Shown here: positions 1-13,400 of the stretch, piece by piece
How the letters are laid out: every line of letters starts with the position of its first letter
Numbering within the stretch: the stretch's first letter is position 1
Assembly: GCF_018977255.1 (NCBI RefSeq)
Contig: NW_024704742.1
Location: 138,448,001-138,512,000 of the forward strand
Length of the DNA: 64,000 nt
Source: Callorhinchus milii
Lineage: Eukaryota
Direction: 5' to 3'
The notes under the pieces: model-generated
Database searches by the model: none
The model's input: the letters and a program-made list of their open reading frames with translations, nothing else
What the model was told of the DNA's origin: nothing
Made by a program: the position numbers and the translations under genes

Positions 1-536
1 TCCTCCCTCCACAGGCTGTAAATCATCCAGAACTCTGCAGCCTGTGTCCTCCCGCACCAGGCTCCGTGACCATATCACCCCCGACTTCACTAGTTTCCAT
101 CACACAGAGGATACAGTTCAAGATCCTGGTCCTCACCTTCAAAACCTTCCATGGTCTTGCTCCCCTCTACCTCTGCGACTTGCTAACCCCCGACCATCCT
201 GCCCGCTCCCTCCACTCAGCAGGCTCCGGCCTGCTTCACATCCCCTGCCTCGCTCGCCCCACTATTGGCGGGTGGGCCTTCCGCCACTCTGCCCCCACCC
301 TCTGGAACTCCATCCCGCAGTTCTCCCTGTCTCACCCCCTCCCTCGCCACCTTCAAGACCCATCCCAAAACCCTCCTCTTCAACTGTGCTTTCGATCTCC
401 CTGCTTCTGCCCCTGCCCTCCACCCTCCCCCACCCCTACCTCCAGCTCGGGTATATAACTTTGTCTGTCCAGCGCCTTGGGACGTCCTCCCGACGTGAAA
501 GGCGCCTTACAAATGTGATTTTGTTGTTGTTGTTGG
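1..536 (+). mobile_element. L2 LINE 3' fragment
   Basis: [32 protein letters not shown]2 C-terminal motifs; 3' hairpin and (TTG)n tail. Confidence 0.88.
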
Positions 537-639
537 TGTCAGCTGCTATACTGCTCACACTGGATAACGGAATTCTTCATCATGTACCTCTCCGGTTAGC
601 TGATAATAGTAATCCTTGCATTTGATATATACTTGCATT

Positions 640-923
640 TCACACCCACCCGCCCCACCATTGGCAGGAGAGCCTTCAGCCACTCTGCCCCCAACCTCTG
701 GAATTCCATCCCCCAGTCACTCCGCCTCGCCTCCTCTTTAGCCTCCTTCAAGTCCCGCCTCAAGACCCTCCTCTTCAACTATGCCATCAGCCATCCCTCT
801 TCCCCTCCCCTCCCTTCTCCCCCGACCCCAGCTCGGGTCTAAAATACTGTACTCTGTCCAGCACCTTGGGACGTCCTCCCGACGTGAAAGATGCTATACA
901 AATATAATCTTGTTGCTGTTGTT
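640..923 (+). mobile_element. L2 LINE 3' end
   Basis: RAFSHSAPNLWNSIP..FKSRLKTLLF; (TTG)n tail. Confidence 0.85.
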
Positions 924-924
924 G

Positions 925-1270
925 ATAATAGCACCTTATTATGTCTTCTAGACGTCTCAAAGTGCTTCACAGAATATACTGTAATGTGAATTGACTGTGT
1001 ACTTTGTGCGCAAAACACGTCAGCTAATTGCGCACAGCAGTGTCCTGCAAGCAGTCCCGGATTGAGTGACCAAATTATTATTTTAGTTACATTTTTTGAA
1101 GGGATTATTACCCTTCGGAAAAACGATTTGCCAGTCAACTAACAACTGGGTTCCTACTTACTGCTAGGTAAACAGGGGAGTAAGGAAATTTGCCAAACAT
1201 TTGACACTGCCTGGGAATGAAACCCAGGTCCTCTCGCTTGCGAGACGGGCGGTCTAACCACTGAGCTACC
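925..1270 (-). mobile_element. tRNA-derived SINE copy (tail displaced to ~603-632 by L2 insert)
   Basis: reverse-complement match to family. Confidence 0.85.
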
Positions 1271-1322
1271 ATTGACCAGCTCTGGTAACACAGTCCCTGG
1301 TAATAGGCAGAATAACACTTAC

Positions 1323-1423
1323 AGACGTTTCTCTTGGGGAATATCGAAGGAGGCCGCCATGTTCATGAGGGTAGGTAAACAGTGCAAGTGGTGGCTGTAC
1401 GTGTACGGGAGGATTGTGTTCGC
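1323..1423 (-). CDS. RICTOR: RICTOR exon 16 (101 nt)
   Basis: cag|[33 protein letters not shown](L)|gtaag. Confidence 0.97.
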
Positions 1424-4400
1424 CTGCAAAACAGGAAGTGGACAGAGTTAGTCTAAAGATCCTTAAACTCCTTATGCTGCAGACCAGGGCTAGACGGTGC
1501 AATGCCACCCAGTTACCTTGCCACTGTGTACACAGCTCCACAATGCTACCCAGCTCAGTGCAGTTATTCCTTGGCTCTCTGTACATAGCTCTACAATGTC
1601 ATCCAGTTACAGCCTGGCATTGTGTACAGTGCCAGGGCATAACCTCACTAAGCTTCGTGAGCCAATCACCCCCATCCTAACCCGCCTTCACTGGCTCCCC
1701 ACTGCCCAGAGGATCAACTTCAAGATCCTCGTCCTCATCTTCAAAGCCCTCCACAGTATTGCTCCTCCCTACCTCTGCAATCGATTAAAAGTTCACTAAC
1801 CTGTCCACTGTCTTCACCCTGCTCTGCATTCCCCACGCTGCCTGTTCCACTATCGGTGCTTGGACCTTCAGCCTTTCTGCCCCCTCCCTCTGGAACTCTA
1901 CCCCGGAGTCCCTCCGGCTCACTTCCTTCCTCACCTCCTATTCCACTGGGCCTTCGATCACCTTCCCTCCTCCACTTCCCTGCCCTTCATCCCTCTCCAA
2001 CCCCCAGCTCGGGGGCAAACCCTTCACTGTCCAGAGTCTTCGGACGTCTTCCCGACGTGAAAGGTGCTCTGTAAGTGCAATCTGTTGTCGTTACACAGCT
2101 CTGTCTATAATGTCACCCATTTAGACGCTGGCATTATACACGCTGGCAATTATACAGAGGACAGACCTCAGCAATGCCACCCAGTTACAGCCCGCGGGAG
2201 AGAAAGAGTTCACTGACGTACCATGTGCAGGAGCTCGCCCAGCAGGATGGTGGCCCTCACAGACACGTTATCATTGCTGCTGGTGATCACTTCAACCAAA
2301 CTCTTTGGAAAGAGAAAGACAGATGAGAGCCGAGGCACCAACACGACACAGCTTAACCAACCCTGGTGCTGACCAGGTTCTAGACTAAAGTTTTATCCTG
2401 TAGAATTGTTAATGGATTGTTCTTCATCACAGGCTTGTTATGGTTTGAATTAATTCCCATGAAAACGCTATTGGTGGCCATCAGCAGAAGTGCTTTCAGT
2501 CACAACGCCCGATGCTCTGACATTCCCTCCCTCAATCCCTTTACCATTTCCCCTCTTTACCCATCTTCAGATCGCACCTGAAGACCTTCCTCTTCAATGG
2601 TACCATGCCTACAACCACCTCCCCCCCCTCTCCCCTGGCTTGGTGGCAAGCTCCATCATTGTTAAGCGTTCCAAGATGCTACCCCGAGTGAAACGCCCGA
2701 TATAAATACAAGTTGTTATTCCACGTTATGCTTTAAGACAAAATTGTTGGAAGACAGGCCGAGTTGAGGTGGAATTTGGGGCTCCTGGACTTCCAGAAGG
2801 CCTTTCACCCTGTAATAACAACCCTTGCATTTGATACAGTACCTTATTACATCTTCAAGACGTCTCAAAGCGCTTCACAGAATATACTGTAAAATATAGC
2901 GACTTTATATTTTGGCAGTGCTCCAAAACAGTCGTGGATTGAGTGACCAAGTTATTATTTTTAAAGGGATTATTACCTCTGGAAAAGTGACCTGCCAATC
3001 AACTAACAACCGAATTTCCAATTACATCTAGGTAAACAGAGGTGTGTGGAGTAAGGAAACCTGCTTAACTTATTGTTTGGCCCTGCCCCGGAATTGAATC
3101 GATTGCGAAGCAAGCGCTCTCACCACTGAGCTACAGAAGTACAACCGGTGTGAAATAAAGCGAATGTAATGGCCATGGCCTTTGTTACCTCCAGTAGCCC
3201 GTTGTTGACGAAGGCCGACAGCACCAGTGACAGGTAGTTATCCATCAGGTCAGGCCTGTAAACACAGCACTGATTAGTGATTGACCAGCACAAGCCCAGG
3301 AACACTGAGCTCCTGGCAAAAATGGTCCCCATGGGGTCCCAAGCACCAAGACGACCATTTTATAGCACTGTTATGTCGACTGTACTGTATTGCGCGCCTG
3401 CGCTCACACACACAGGGTCACGTACCTGGACCGAGCTCGATGGGGTAGGATGGTTTTAGCCTCCGCTGCGATAAACCCATCAGAGAGACGCCAGGAGTCC
3501 TGGAATCGGCTGGGATCTGTTGGGAGGATTTATAAAGATTTACAGAGACTGTAAGGCTCAGGAACCGGCCACTCGGCCCAACCAGTCCATGCTGATGTTT
3601 ATATTACACACAAGTCTCCACCCCTCTTTACTCCCTCTCACATCCTTCTGTTCCCCTCTCCCTCATGTGAAGATCAAGCTTCCTCTTGAATCCATCTACA
3701 CTGTCTGAATAAATGTAGTTAATTTACTTTACCTTATATTCTGTGAAGCTCTTTGAGACGTCTTGAAGATGTAATTAAGCGCTATATCAAACGCAAGGAT
3801 TACTATTATTGAACCCCCTCTTCAGACAGCGATTTCCACAATTTCACTGCCCTCTGGGTGAATAATAATAATAATAATAATCCTTGCATTTGACATAGCA
3901 CTTCTAGACGTCTCAAAGCGCTTCACAGAATATACTGTAAAGTGAATCGACTGTATACTTGTGGGCAAAACGCGGCAGCTAACTGCGCACAGCAGCGTCC
4001 CACAAACAGTCGTGGATTGAAAATGACCAATTTATTATTGTTTGTTTTTTGGAGGGATTATTATTAGGCGTATGGAGTAAAGAAACTTGCTCAAGGTTTC
4101 GTCCTGTCTGGAATTGAACTCAGGTATCTCGCTTGCAAGGCAAGTGCTCTAACCACTGAGTTATAGGACTCCACAAGTCCTGTAGGGTAAAGTAGTTGCT
4201 CCTAAATTATCTTTTAGATCCCGTAGTCACTATTCTTATACTTGTGATCCCGAGTTAACGACTCCCTAACTGGTGGGAACAGCCTTTTTATGCTAACCTT
4301 ATCAAACCTTTTTATAATTTAAACACTTCTATTTTGTTCCTCCCTTAAATGTCTCTTCTCCAGCGAAAAAAGACTCAACCTCTCAAGTCTATCCTGATAG

Positions 4401-7400
4401 CATTAACGTGCCAGCCCTGGCATCATCCCCGTAAACCTACACTGCACTCTTTCCATCTCTGCTACATCCTTCCTATAGTGCGGAGACCACAATTACACTA
4501 CTCAAAATGTGGTCCAAGCAAGGTTTTGTATAAATTCAACATCACTTTTATATTTTATTCTACTAGGTATAAAGCCAAGACCCCATTGCCCTTGTCATAG
4601 CCTTATCTACCTGTGTAGCTACATTTAGTGATTGGGGGGAATATGAGTCCTCAGATCTCTTTGTTCCTCTCAGATCCCTGCCAGCCAGACTAAACAACTT
4701 CTTTATTTTTGTTTCCAAAGTGAATCACTTTGCATTTTCCTGCATTAAAATTCATTTGCCATCTGCCAGACCATTCTGCTAGCCTGTTTATGTCCATGCA
4801 GCAATCTCCTCAGTGATCGTAGCTCCATCCAGGTAGATACGGCTATCAAACCTGCACCCTGACACCATCTCTCTCTTATCTGCACCCAGTGCCATCTGAG
4901 CTGTGAGGCGATATAGCCGGAGCTGGGAAAGATTGCACGAGACAAGAAATGTTTGAGAGATGATTGTATTAAAGTCTGAGCTCTTTATGTTTTTAGACAA
5001 ACTTGTCTCACAGGCTAAAATTAGGTGGAGTTTTGATTCTCATGTGTCCAAGGCTAAGCTGGCTTCTTGTCTAACTAATCGTGGGACACTGCAGATGGTT
5101 TGTCTGGTGTTGGAACCCACCTACACTGATCAGAGCTTCAGAAAAGTCCTGTGTGCCCACCGGGACAGGCAACCGGAAGATATCATACAGGACCTCCAGT
5201 AGTCCTCGCTGTGGAGAGAAGACACACAAGTCAGTCTTTGCAACAACACTAACAACACATTATATTTGCACAGTGCCTTTCACATCCGGAGGACGTCCCA
5301 AGGCGCTGGACACTTAGGAATTTGGACCCAAGCTAGGGGTTGGGATCAGGAGGGGCAAGAGGGTGACGGAAAGCGCAGTCTTGAGACCCGCCTTGAAGGA
5401 GGCAAGGGAGGGAATTAGGTAAAGGGACTGGAGTTACAAATGGTGGGGCAGAGTGGATAAAGGCCTGATCGCCGACGGTGGGATGGGCTGGGCAAGGGAC
5501 GTGGAGCAGGCTGAAGCCTGCTGAGTGGAGAGAGCGGACAGGTTGATATCGCGTTAGCAGGTCACAGAAGTCGGAAGGAGCCAGGCCGTGGAGGGCTTTG
5601 CAGGTTTCTTTGCAAGAAGCAGATCACACAGTTCATCACATTTGGAGCCTCTTTAATGAAGTTGACTGATACTTTTTATGCTGTTAACTCCTACAGTATA
5701 ATAACCCAGGCATCGGAGAACATCTCAAAACTTTTCACCATGAATTGCTGCCATGTGTGCTGACTATTTTTGTATGTAAACATGGCAGCTATTTTACACA
5801 TAGCAAGGTGCCACAAACAGCCATGAGGTGAACGACCAATTAATCCGTAGGCTGGTTTGGCCAGGACATTGGGAGAAACTCCCTTCTCTTTTCCAATAGC
5901 CAGAACAGGCAGATGAGACCTTGCTTTGATGTGTCAACCCTAGGAAGGTATGTTTGCCTCTACTGCACTGAGTAAGTGCCAGACTGGAATGTGAGCTCAA
6001 AACTTTCACACTGAACATAGGGAACAGGAGAAGGCCATTCAGCCCCTCAAGTTTATTCTGCTGTTCTATTAGATCATGGCTGATCTATATCTCAACTCCA
6101 ATTAAATTAAATTTTATTTTATTTCATTTAAAATTTCCTGAAATGACCTCAGTGAAAAAAACATTACAAAGGAAAAGGAGATATTCAGGGAAATATTTAG
6201 AAGAGCATTTATTAGGCCTGTGTCTCAGTGTCACTGCAACTGGGTAAATATATTATAATTGGAACGTGAAGAGGAATGAAAACCAAGAGAAACTAGGAGA
6301 AAGACTCCATGTTTCTTTGAAATGGTGTCTGTGTGTATGTGTCTGTCCGTGTGTGTGTACTTATGTGGGGGGGTGGGGGGAGGAAGGAGCATTTGAAAGA
6401 AATTCCTTTAACAGCTACTTGAATCTCAAAGCAGAGGAAAGGGATGATAATCTAGAAAAAAAACACTATATTTAATATAGCATCAGATGCAAAAGTGGCA
6501 GCTAATCATGCCACAAAAAACAAATCATTTTCATGTGAGTTGGCCTTAGAGTGTTGAGATCAGTCTCTGTCCTGCCTGGGTACCTACCCGCACTTCCATA
6601 TTTGGTATACATAGAATTCCTATTAGAGACTGGATCCCCGAGTTTCCTGGCCGGCACAGGTTAATAATTCCTGAAACAGAAACAGACCAGCCAATTATTA
6701 ATAATAATCCTTGCATTTGATATAGAGCCTCATCAAGTCTTCGAGACGTCTCAAAGTGCTTCACAGCATATACTGTGAAGTGAATTGTCTGTATATTTTG
6801 TGGGCGAAGCGCAGCAGTCAATTGCATACAGCAGCGTCCCACAAACAGTCGTGAATTGAATGACCAAATTATTATTATTCATTTATTTTGAAGGGATTAT
6901 TACTCCCAGTAAAGCAATCTGCCAATCGACTAACAACTGGTTTTCTTCTTGCTGCTAGGTAAACAGTGGTGTGTGGAGTAAGCAAATTTGCCTAAAGTTT
7001 CACCCTGCCCGGAAACTGAACCCAGATCCTCTCGCTTGGGAGGCAAGTGCTCTAACCACTGAGCTATAGAACTCCACTATGCTTCAATTGCAGGTAGCTC
7101 TGTGATAATTCTACCTATAAATACCTTCATGATTCAGTGCTTCTACACAGCTCAACCAAAACATCTGATTGCCGTGGACGTTATTTACATGGATTTCAAA
7201 AAGGCTTTTGAAACAGTATCGCATAAGGGATTAATAAAAAAATTAGAGGCCCACAGTATTAAGGGGACAGTGGCAGTTTGGATTAGGAACTGGCTGAGTG
7301 ACAGAGAGCAGAGGGTGTTGGTTAATGGGTGTTTCTCAAAATGGAAGGAGGTGTGCAGCAGTGTCCCCCAGGGATCGGTATTGCTCTTTCTAATATATAT

Positions 7401-10400
7401 TAATGATCTGGACTTGGGCATAGAGAGCACTATTTCCAAGTTTGCAGATGATATAGTTAGGTCAGGCAGTAAATAGTGAGGAGGACTGTAACCAACTGCA
7501 GGCAGACATACACAGAATGGTGGAATGGGCTGACATGTGGCAGATGGATTTCAATGTGGATAAGTGTGAGGTGATACACTTAGGGAGGAAAAATGATAGG
7601 AGGCAATATAGACTTGGAGCTCAATCTTAAGGGGGGTGAACGTACAGAGAGATCTGGGTGTTCAAGTAAGCGAATCATTAAAGGTAGTGGGGCAGGTAGA
7701 TAGGGCAGTAAAAAAGGCATTTGGTGTACTGAGCTTTATTAGTAGGGGCATAGAGTATAAGAGTAGGGGTTATGGTTAATCTATACAAAACACTGGTTAG
7801 GCCTCAGCTGGAGTACTGCGTCCAGTTCTGGGCACCTTACCTCAGGAAGGACATTAAGGCACTGGAAAGGGTGCAGAGGAGATTCACGAGAATGATACCA
7901 GGAATGGGGAACCTTAGCTATGAGGACAGTGGAGAAGTTAGGACTTTTCCCATTAGAGCAGAGAAGGTTACGCGGGGACCTGATAGAGGTCTTCAAGATC
8001 ATGAAAGGTTTCGACAGGCGAGATAGGGAAAAGCTGTTTCCGCTGGTAGGTGTGTCTGTGACCCGTGGTCACAGTCTTAAGATATCTACCAAAAGAAGCA
8101 GAGGGGAGGTTAGAAGGAAATTTTTCACTCAGCGAGTTGTTAGAATTTGGAATGATCCGCCCGAAAGGGCAGTGAAGTCCGATTCGATAACAGCTTTTAA
8201 GAGAGAACTGGACAGGTATCGGGGAAGACGGGTTTGTGGGGTTATGGGGAGAAAGCTGGTGATTTGGGGTTAATGAAAGTGACGCTCTGTCAAAGAGCCG
8301 CACAGACTCGATGGGCCGAATGGCCTCCTTCTGTGTCATAACATTCTATGAATCTATGAATGATTCAGGAATTTAAATGGTTTATAGAGATTCTCAGGAG
8401 TGAGGTACAGACTGGGACCTGATACAGGTTTTAGGGTTTGGACAGGGTGACCAAAAAGTCATGATACCATTACAATGTCTAATATGTCTTAGAGAAATGA
8501 TTTTTTTTTAGATAATACGGTAAATATCACGACTTTTTGGTCACCCTGTATATAGAATAACATACCACGAGAGAAAGTTACAGCTGAGATCTGATCTAGG
8601 GGGATAATGGTTTATATCTCCTGCTGCTTGTCCAGCTAGGATCACCTTACTCGTTAGGGCTTTGGCTGCAGGTTTAACAGGAGCTGAGTGGGAGGATTCC
8701 CTGCCCTCAGTGACCTGTCGGCCTTCCAGGTCCTGCCACTGAGCCAGGCCGGGCTGTGCTGCACTGCGGATGAGAGACCGTCACAGAGGCCTGGCTTGAT
8801 TTCAACATTCCGTTGCCAAACATATCACCGTGGGGCCAGTTCAGCTCCGAGGAGACCCTGCTTATCTCCCCACAAGGAGGATAGTCACTAGTTGATCGTT
8901 CGATTGTCGCTACAGAATTGCAGACTACGATGCATGCCTCATATTTTGGGGCTTAATTAAAGCATTTGTTAATATAGTTCATCAGCGATAGAAGATCCCC
9001 CCAAAATATGCCCACAACACTGCTAGTTGCAAAACCTTTCAGATGAGGTATAAATCATGTCTCTACGTCAACCGATTATTGCGTAACAGACAGACAGAGA
9101 CAGACACTTTACTAGTATAAGAAAGATCAGGATGTATGGCAGTTGTAATATTATAAGGACCATTAGCCAGAAAAGGTTATTAAAATGAGGATACCTACCT
9201 GCCCACGATCGGAAAGCTGCCACGATGGCCATTTTGCTGGCTAGTAAGCGTGCTTCACGATCCTCTCTGTACAGAAAGAAGGCAACAGAGCTGTCACACA
9301 CTGTAAACAGTTGTACTGTAATAATCATTGCATTTGATATAGCACCTTATTACATTGTTGCGACGTCTCAAAGCGCTTCATAGAATATACTGTATATTGA
9401 CTACAATTTTTGTGGATTAAATGCGGCAGCCAATTGCACACAGTAGTGTCCTTTAAACAATCGTGGATTGAGTAAGCAAAATTATTATTATTATTATTTT
9501 TAAGAGAATATTACCACCAGAAAAGCAATCTGCCAATTGACTAACAACCGGGATCCTATATATTGCTAGGTAAACAGAAGTGTGCGGTGTAAGAAAACTT
9601 GCCTAAGGTTTCGCCCTGCCTGGGAATCAAACCAAGGTCCTCTCGCTTGCGAGGCGAGTGCGCTAACCACTGAGCTACAGGACTCCATGATGGACTAAAT
9701 GGTCTTCTCTAGTTACAAAACTGCATGCTATTATATATATATATATATATATATATAAAATCCTTGTGTTTGATATAGCGTCTTATCCTTGGAAGCTGGG
9801 GACAGCACATTTACCCTGGCCTGAGAGAGCCTTGCTCTGACCATTGGGATGTATGTATTCGTGCTTCCAGACCCTTGTCGCCACCTCACTCGCTCACACC
9901 TCGCCTAGGCTTAAAGCCAAGATGTATGAGGGGGAAACTGCTTACTTGAGCTGTCCTTCCGCAGTGTCTGGGTTATGTCTGTAGTGAAAGTCCGTGTATG
10001 GAGCTAAAATTTGCTGCGAAGACAGGAGAAAAACAGAAGGTCATTGCAAACCCATCGTCAATAAGAACAAGCAAAATCAGGACATGCATTTAATCCATTG
10101 CCTCATCTCATCAATTCTGCACATACTCAGTATAATAATAAGTCTCGTAGATGTGATAAGGCGCTAGATCAAATGTAAGGATTACTTTTATTATTATTAT
10201 TAATAATCCTTGCATTTGATGTAGAGCCTTATCATGTCGTTTGAGACATCTCACAGTGCTTCACACGAGATATTGTAAAGTGGAATGACTGTATATTTTA
10301 TGGGCGAATTGTGGCAGCCAGTTTGTGCACAGCAGTGTCCCACAAACAGCCATGAAGTGAGTGACCAATTTTATTTTAATACAAGTGTAGTGTCTTATGT

Positions 10401-13400
10401 GGGGAAGCACACAAATTAACCTACCCAGGTATTAATACCTCACACACAGCGATGAGATAATGACGAGTTAAATCAGTGACTTTAGATAAGGACATCAGGA
10501 CAAATGCCCTGCTATAGTTACACACAACGCTATGAGATTTGTAATGCCCAGTTACCGTGAGACAATAATAATAATCCTCTCATTTGATAAAGTGCCTTAT
10601 CATGTCTTCAAGACATCTCAAAGCCCTTCACAGAATATTCTCTAAAGTGAATTGACTGAATTTTTTGGGGCGATACGAGACAGCCAATTAAGCACAGCAG
10701 CATCCCACAAACAGTCGTGGATTGAAAGACCAAATTATTATTTTTTTTTAAAAAGGGGTTATTACCCCCAGAAAAGTGATCCACTAATCGACGATCAACA
10801 GGGTTCCTACTTACTGCTGGGTAAACAGAGGTGCGTGCAGTAAAGAAACTTGCTAAACATTTTGCCCTGCCCGTGAATCAATCCCAGGTCCTCTCGCTGC
10901 GAGACGAGGGCTCTAACCACTAAGCCACAGGACTCTTACAGGCTAAGACTAGATGGAACCAGATTATGGAGTTAATGCACTGTTTCTCTTGGGGATAAGG
11001 AGTGTTCTTCGACCATACCTCCAGCTCCACATCGGCCCTTATATATTTCCGTGTCTTTGGGTGGTTGAGGAGATGGAGAATGGTGGTGATGAGGGCCTCG
11101 TTTATTCGGTTCAGTTGGCAGTCAATCACGTTCTTCAGGATAGTGCTGAGCCCTCCTCTCGTAGCTACTACCTCTGCGTTCTGTAGTGCTGGAGAGAAAC
11201 AGTGTGTACAATAAACGATTCTAATAAATAACGTATAATAATAACTTGCATTTGATATAGTGCCTTATCAAGTTCTTCACAGTGCTTCATAGAATGTAAT
11301 ATAAAGTGAATTGATTGTATATTTTTGGGCGAATCCCAGCAGTTAATTGCACACAGCAGTGTCCCACAAACAGTGGGATCGAGAGACCAAATTATTATTT
11401 TTTTGAAGGGATTATTATCCCCGGAAAAGCAATTCTCCAATCGATCCTACTTACTTCTGGGTAAACAGAGGCAATGTGGAGTAAAGAAACGTTCCTAGCA
11501 TTCCATCTAGCCCGGGAAACAAATCCAGGTCCTCTTGCTTGCGAGGTGAGCAAGCTAACCACTATGCTACAGGACTCCACAAATAAACTTTGCATGTTGC
11601 ATTTTACATAGAGCCTTTCACAAGAGGTGGAGGAGGAGACTCAAAGCACTTTACAGGACTTACTGTGCAGTCTAGTATGGATGTTTTGAAGACAAACATA
11701 CTAGCTAATTAGCAAACATCAATGTTCCACAAATAAGTCATGAAACCGATCCTAACCGCAATAGAGACAGCAGGCTAGACTTGAATGATCCTTGCATTTG
11801 ATACAGCACCTATGTCTCAAAGTGTTTCCGCCAGGGTTCTGACCAAAAACACAGGTCGTTCAAGTGTCAACTGTAGCACAGCTAAACCCAGGCAGACAAT
11901 TTGCATACTGTAGTGTTAAAAACAGCCATGAAGTGAATGTCCAATTTATTCTGCAGAATGATTTTCCCATGAAGAACAACTCCTTTGTTTCCATCAGTGT
12001 TGTGGGGCATTGAGGTGTACGTGAACAGGCAAATAGGACATCAGTTCTTTCACCATCAGTGTAATGTCTCATCCAAAGAGCATCATATTTCTGCTGCCAA
12101 ATAATCTTTGCATTTTGATATAACGCCTTATCACATCTTCTCAATATCTCAAAGATCAGAATATATTGTAAAGTGAATTAACTGTATATTTTGTGGGAGA
12201 AACCCATCAGCCAATTGCACACAGAGGCGTGTGGAATAAGGAAACTTGCCCAGCGTTTCGCCCGGGCTGGGAATCGAAGTTAGGTCCTCTCGCTTGCGAG
12301 GCAAGCACACTAACCACTAAGTTACAGGAAAAAGACTGAACGAGAGGCTTTGAACTGACAACCTTTGTACTAAGAGGAAGGAGTGCTACCGACTGAGACC
12401 GCCTGACACTGAGATAAGCAGACATAGCATTGCTTGTTCAGTGCCTGCTTACATGGCTAAGAAGCTGTTATGAATACTCAGTCTCAGATGCAGGAAAGCC
12501 ATCAGAAAATGAGAAACAATCTTTCAGATACCTAGTTCACAGAGGATGGCCAGGCACGCCCGCACCATTCGATCCCTCTCCTGGAGTCCGTCGTTCCCCA
12601 CTGCAATCAGGGAATTGGTGATGGAGCTGGGGAAGAGTGCTGCGTTCACAGTGATCATCTGAGTACCACACGGAGAGAGATAGAGGGGAGAGAGAGGAGG
12701 AGGGAAGACAGAGAGGGGAAGAGAGAGAGGGGAAAAAAGAGAGGGGGAGAGAGAGAGAGAAACACACAAGAGTTAAAAGCAGCTCACTGAACAGGGTTGG
12801 AAGATAATAATCCATGCATTTGATATAGCGCTTTATCACTTCTTCGAGACGTCAGGAACCTCGGGGTTCTGTTCGACCCTGAGCTGTCCTTTCTCCCTCA
12901 TATCCGCACCACAACTGGCACCGCCTTCCATCACCTCCGGAACATCGCCAGACTACGGCATTACCTCACCCCTCACGCGGCTGAAACTCTGGTCCACACC
13001 TTTATCAGCTCAAGGCCAGACTATGGGAACTCTCTCCTCGCCGGCCTTCCCGGCCCTCCCTCCACACTGCAGGTCATTCAGAACTCTGCAGCTCGTGTAC
13101 TGTCCCGCACCAGACACCGAGACCACATCACTCCCACCCTCGCCCTCACTCCCACCCTCGCCCTCACTCCCACCCTCGCCCTCACTCCCACCCTCGCCCT
13201 CACTCCCACCCTCACCCTCGCCCTCGCCCTCACTCCCACCCTCACCCTCGCTCGCCTCCACTGGCTCCCCATCCCCCAGAGGATCGAATTCAAGATCCTC
13301 ATCCTCACCTACAAGGCCATTCATGGCCTCGCTCCCTCCTACCTCTCCGACCTACTATCCCCCTACTTACCTGCCCGTACCCTCCGTTCCTCTGGCTCCG

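Noticed and set aside
12520..12531. Exon 7 donor GTATCT as a possible U12-type intron
   Set aside because: Does not match the GTATCCTT consensus; treated as U2-type.
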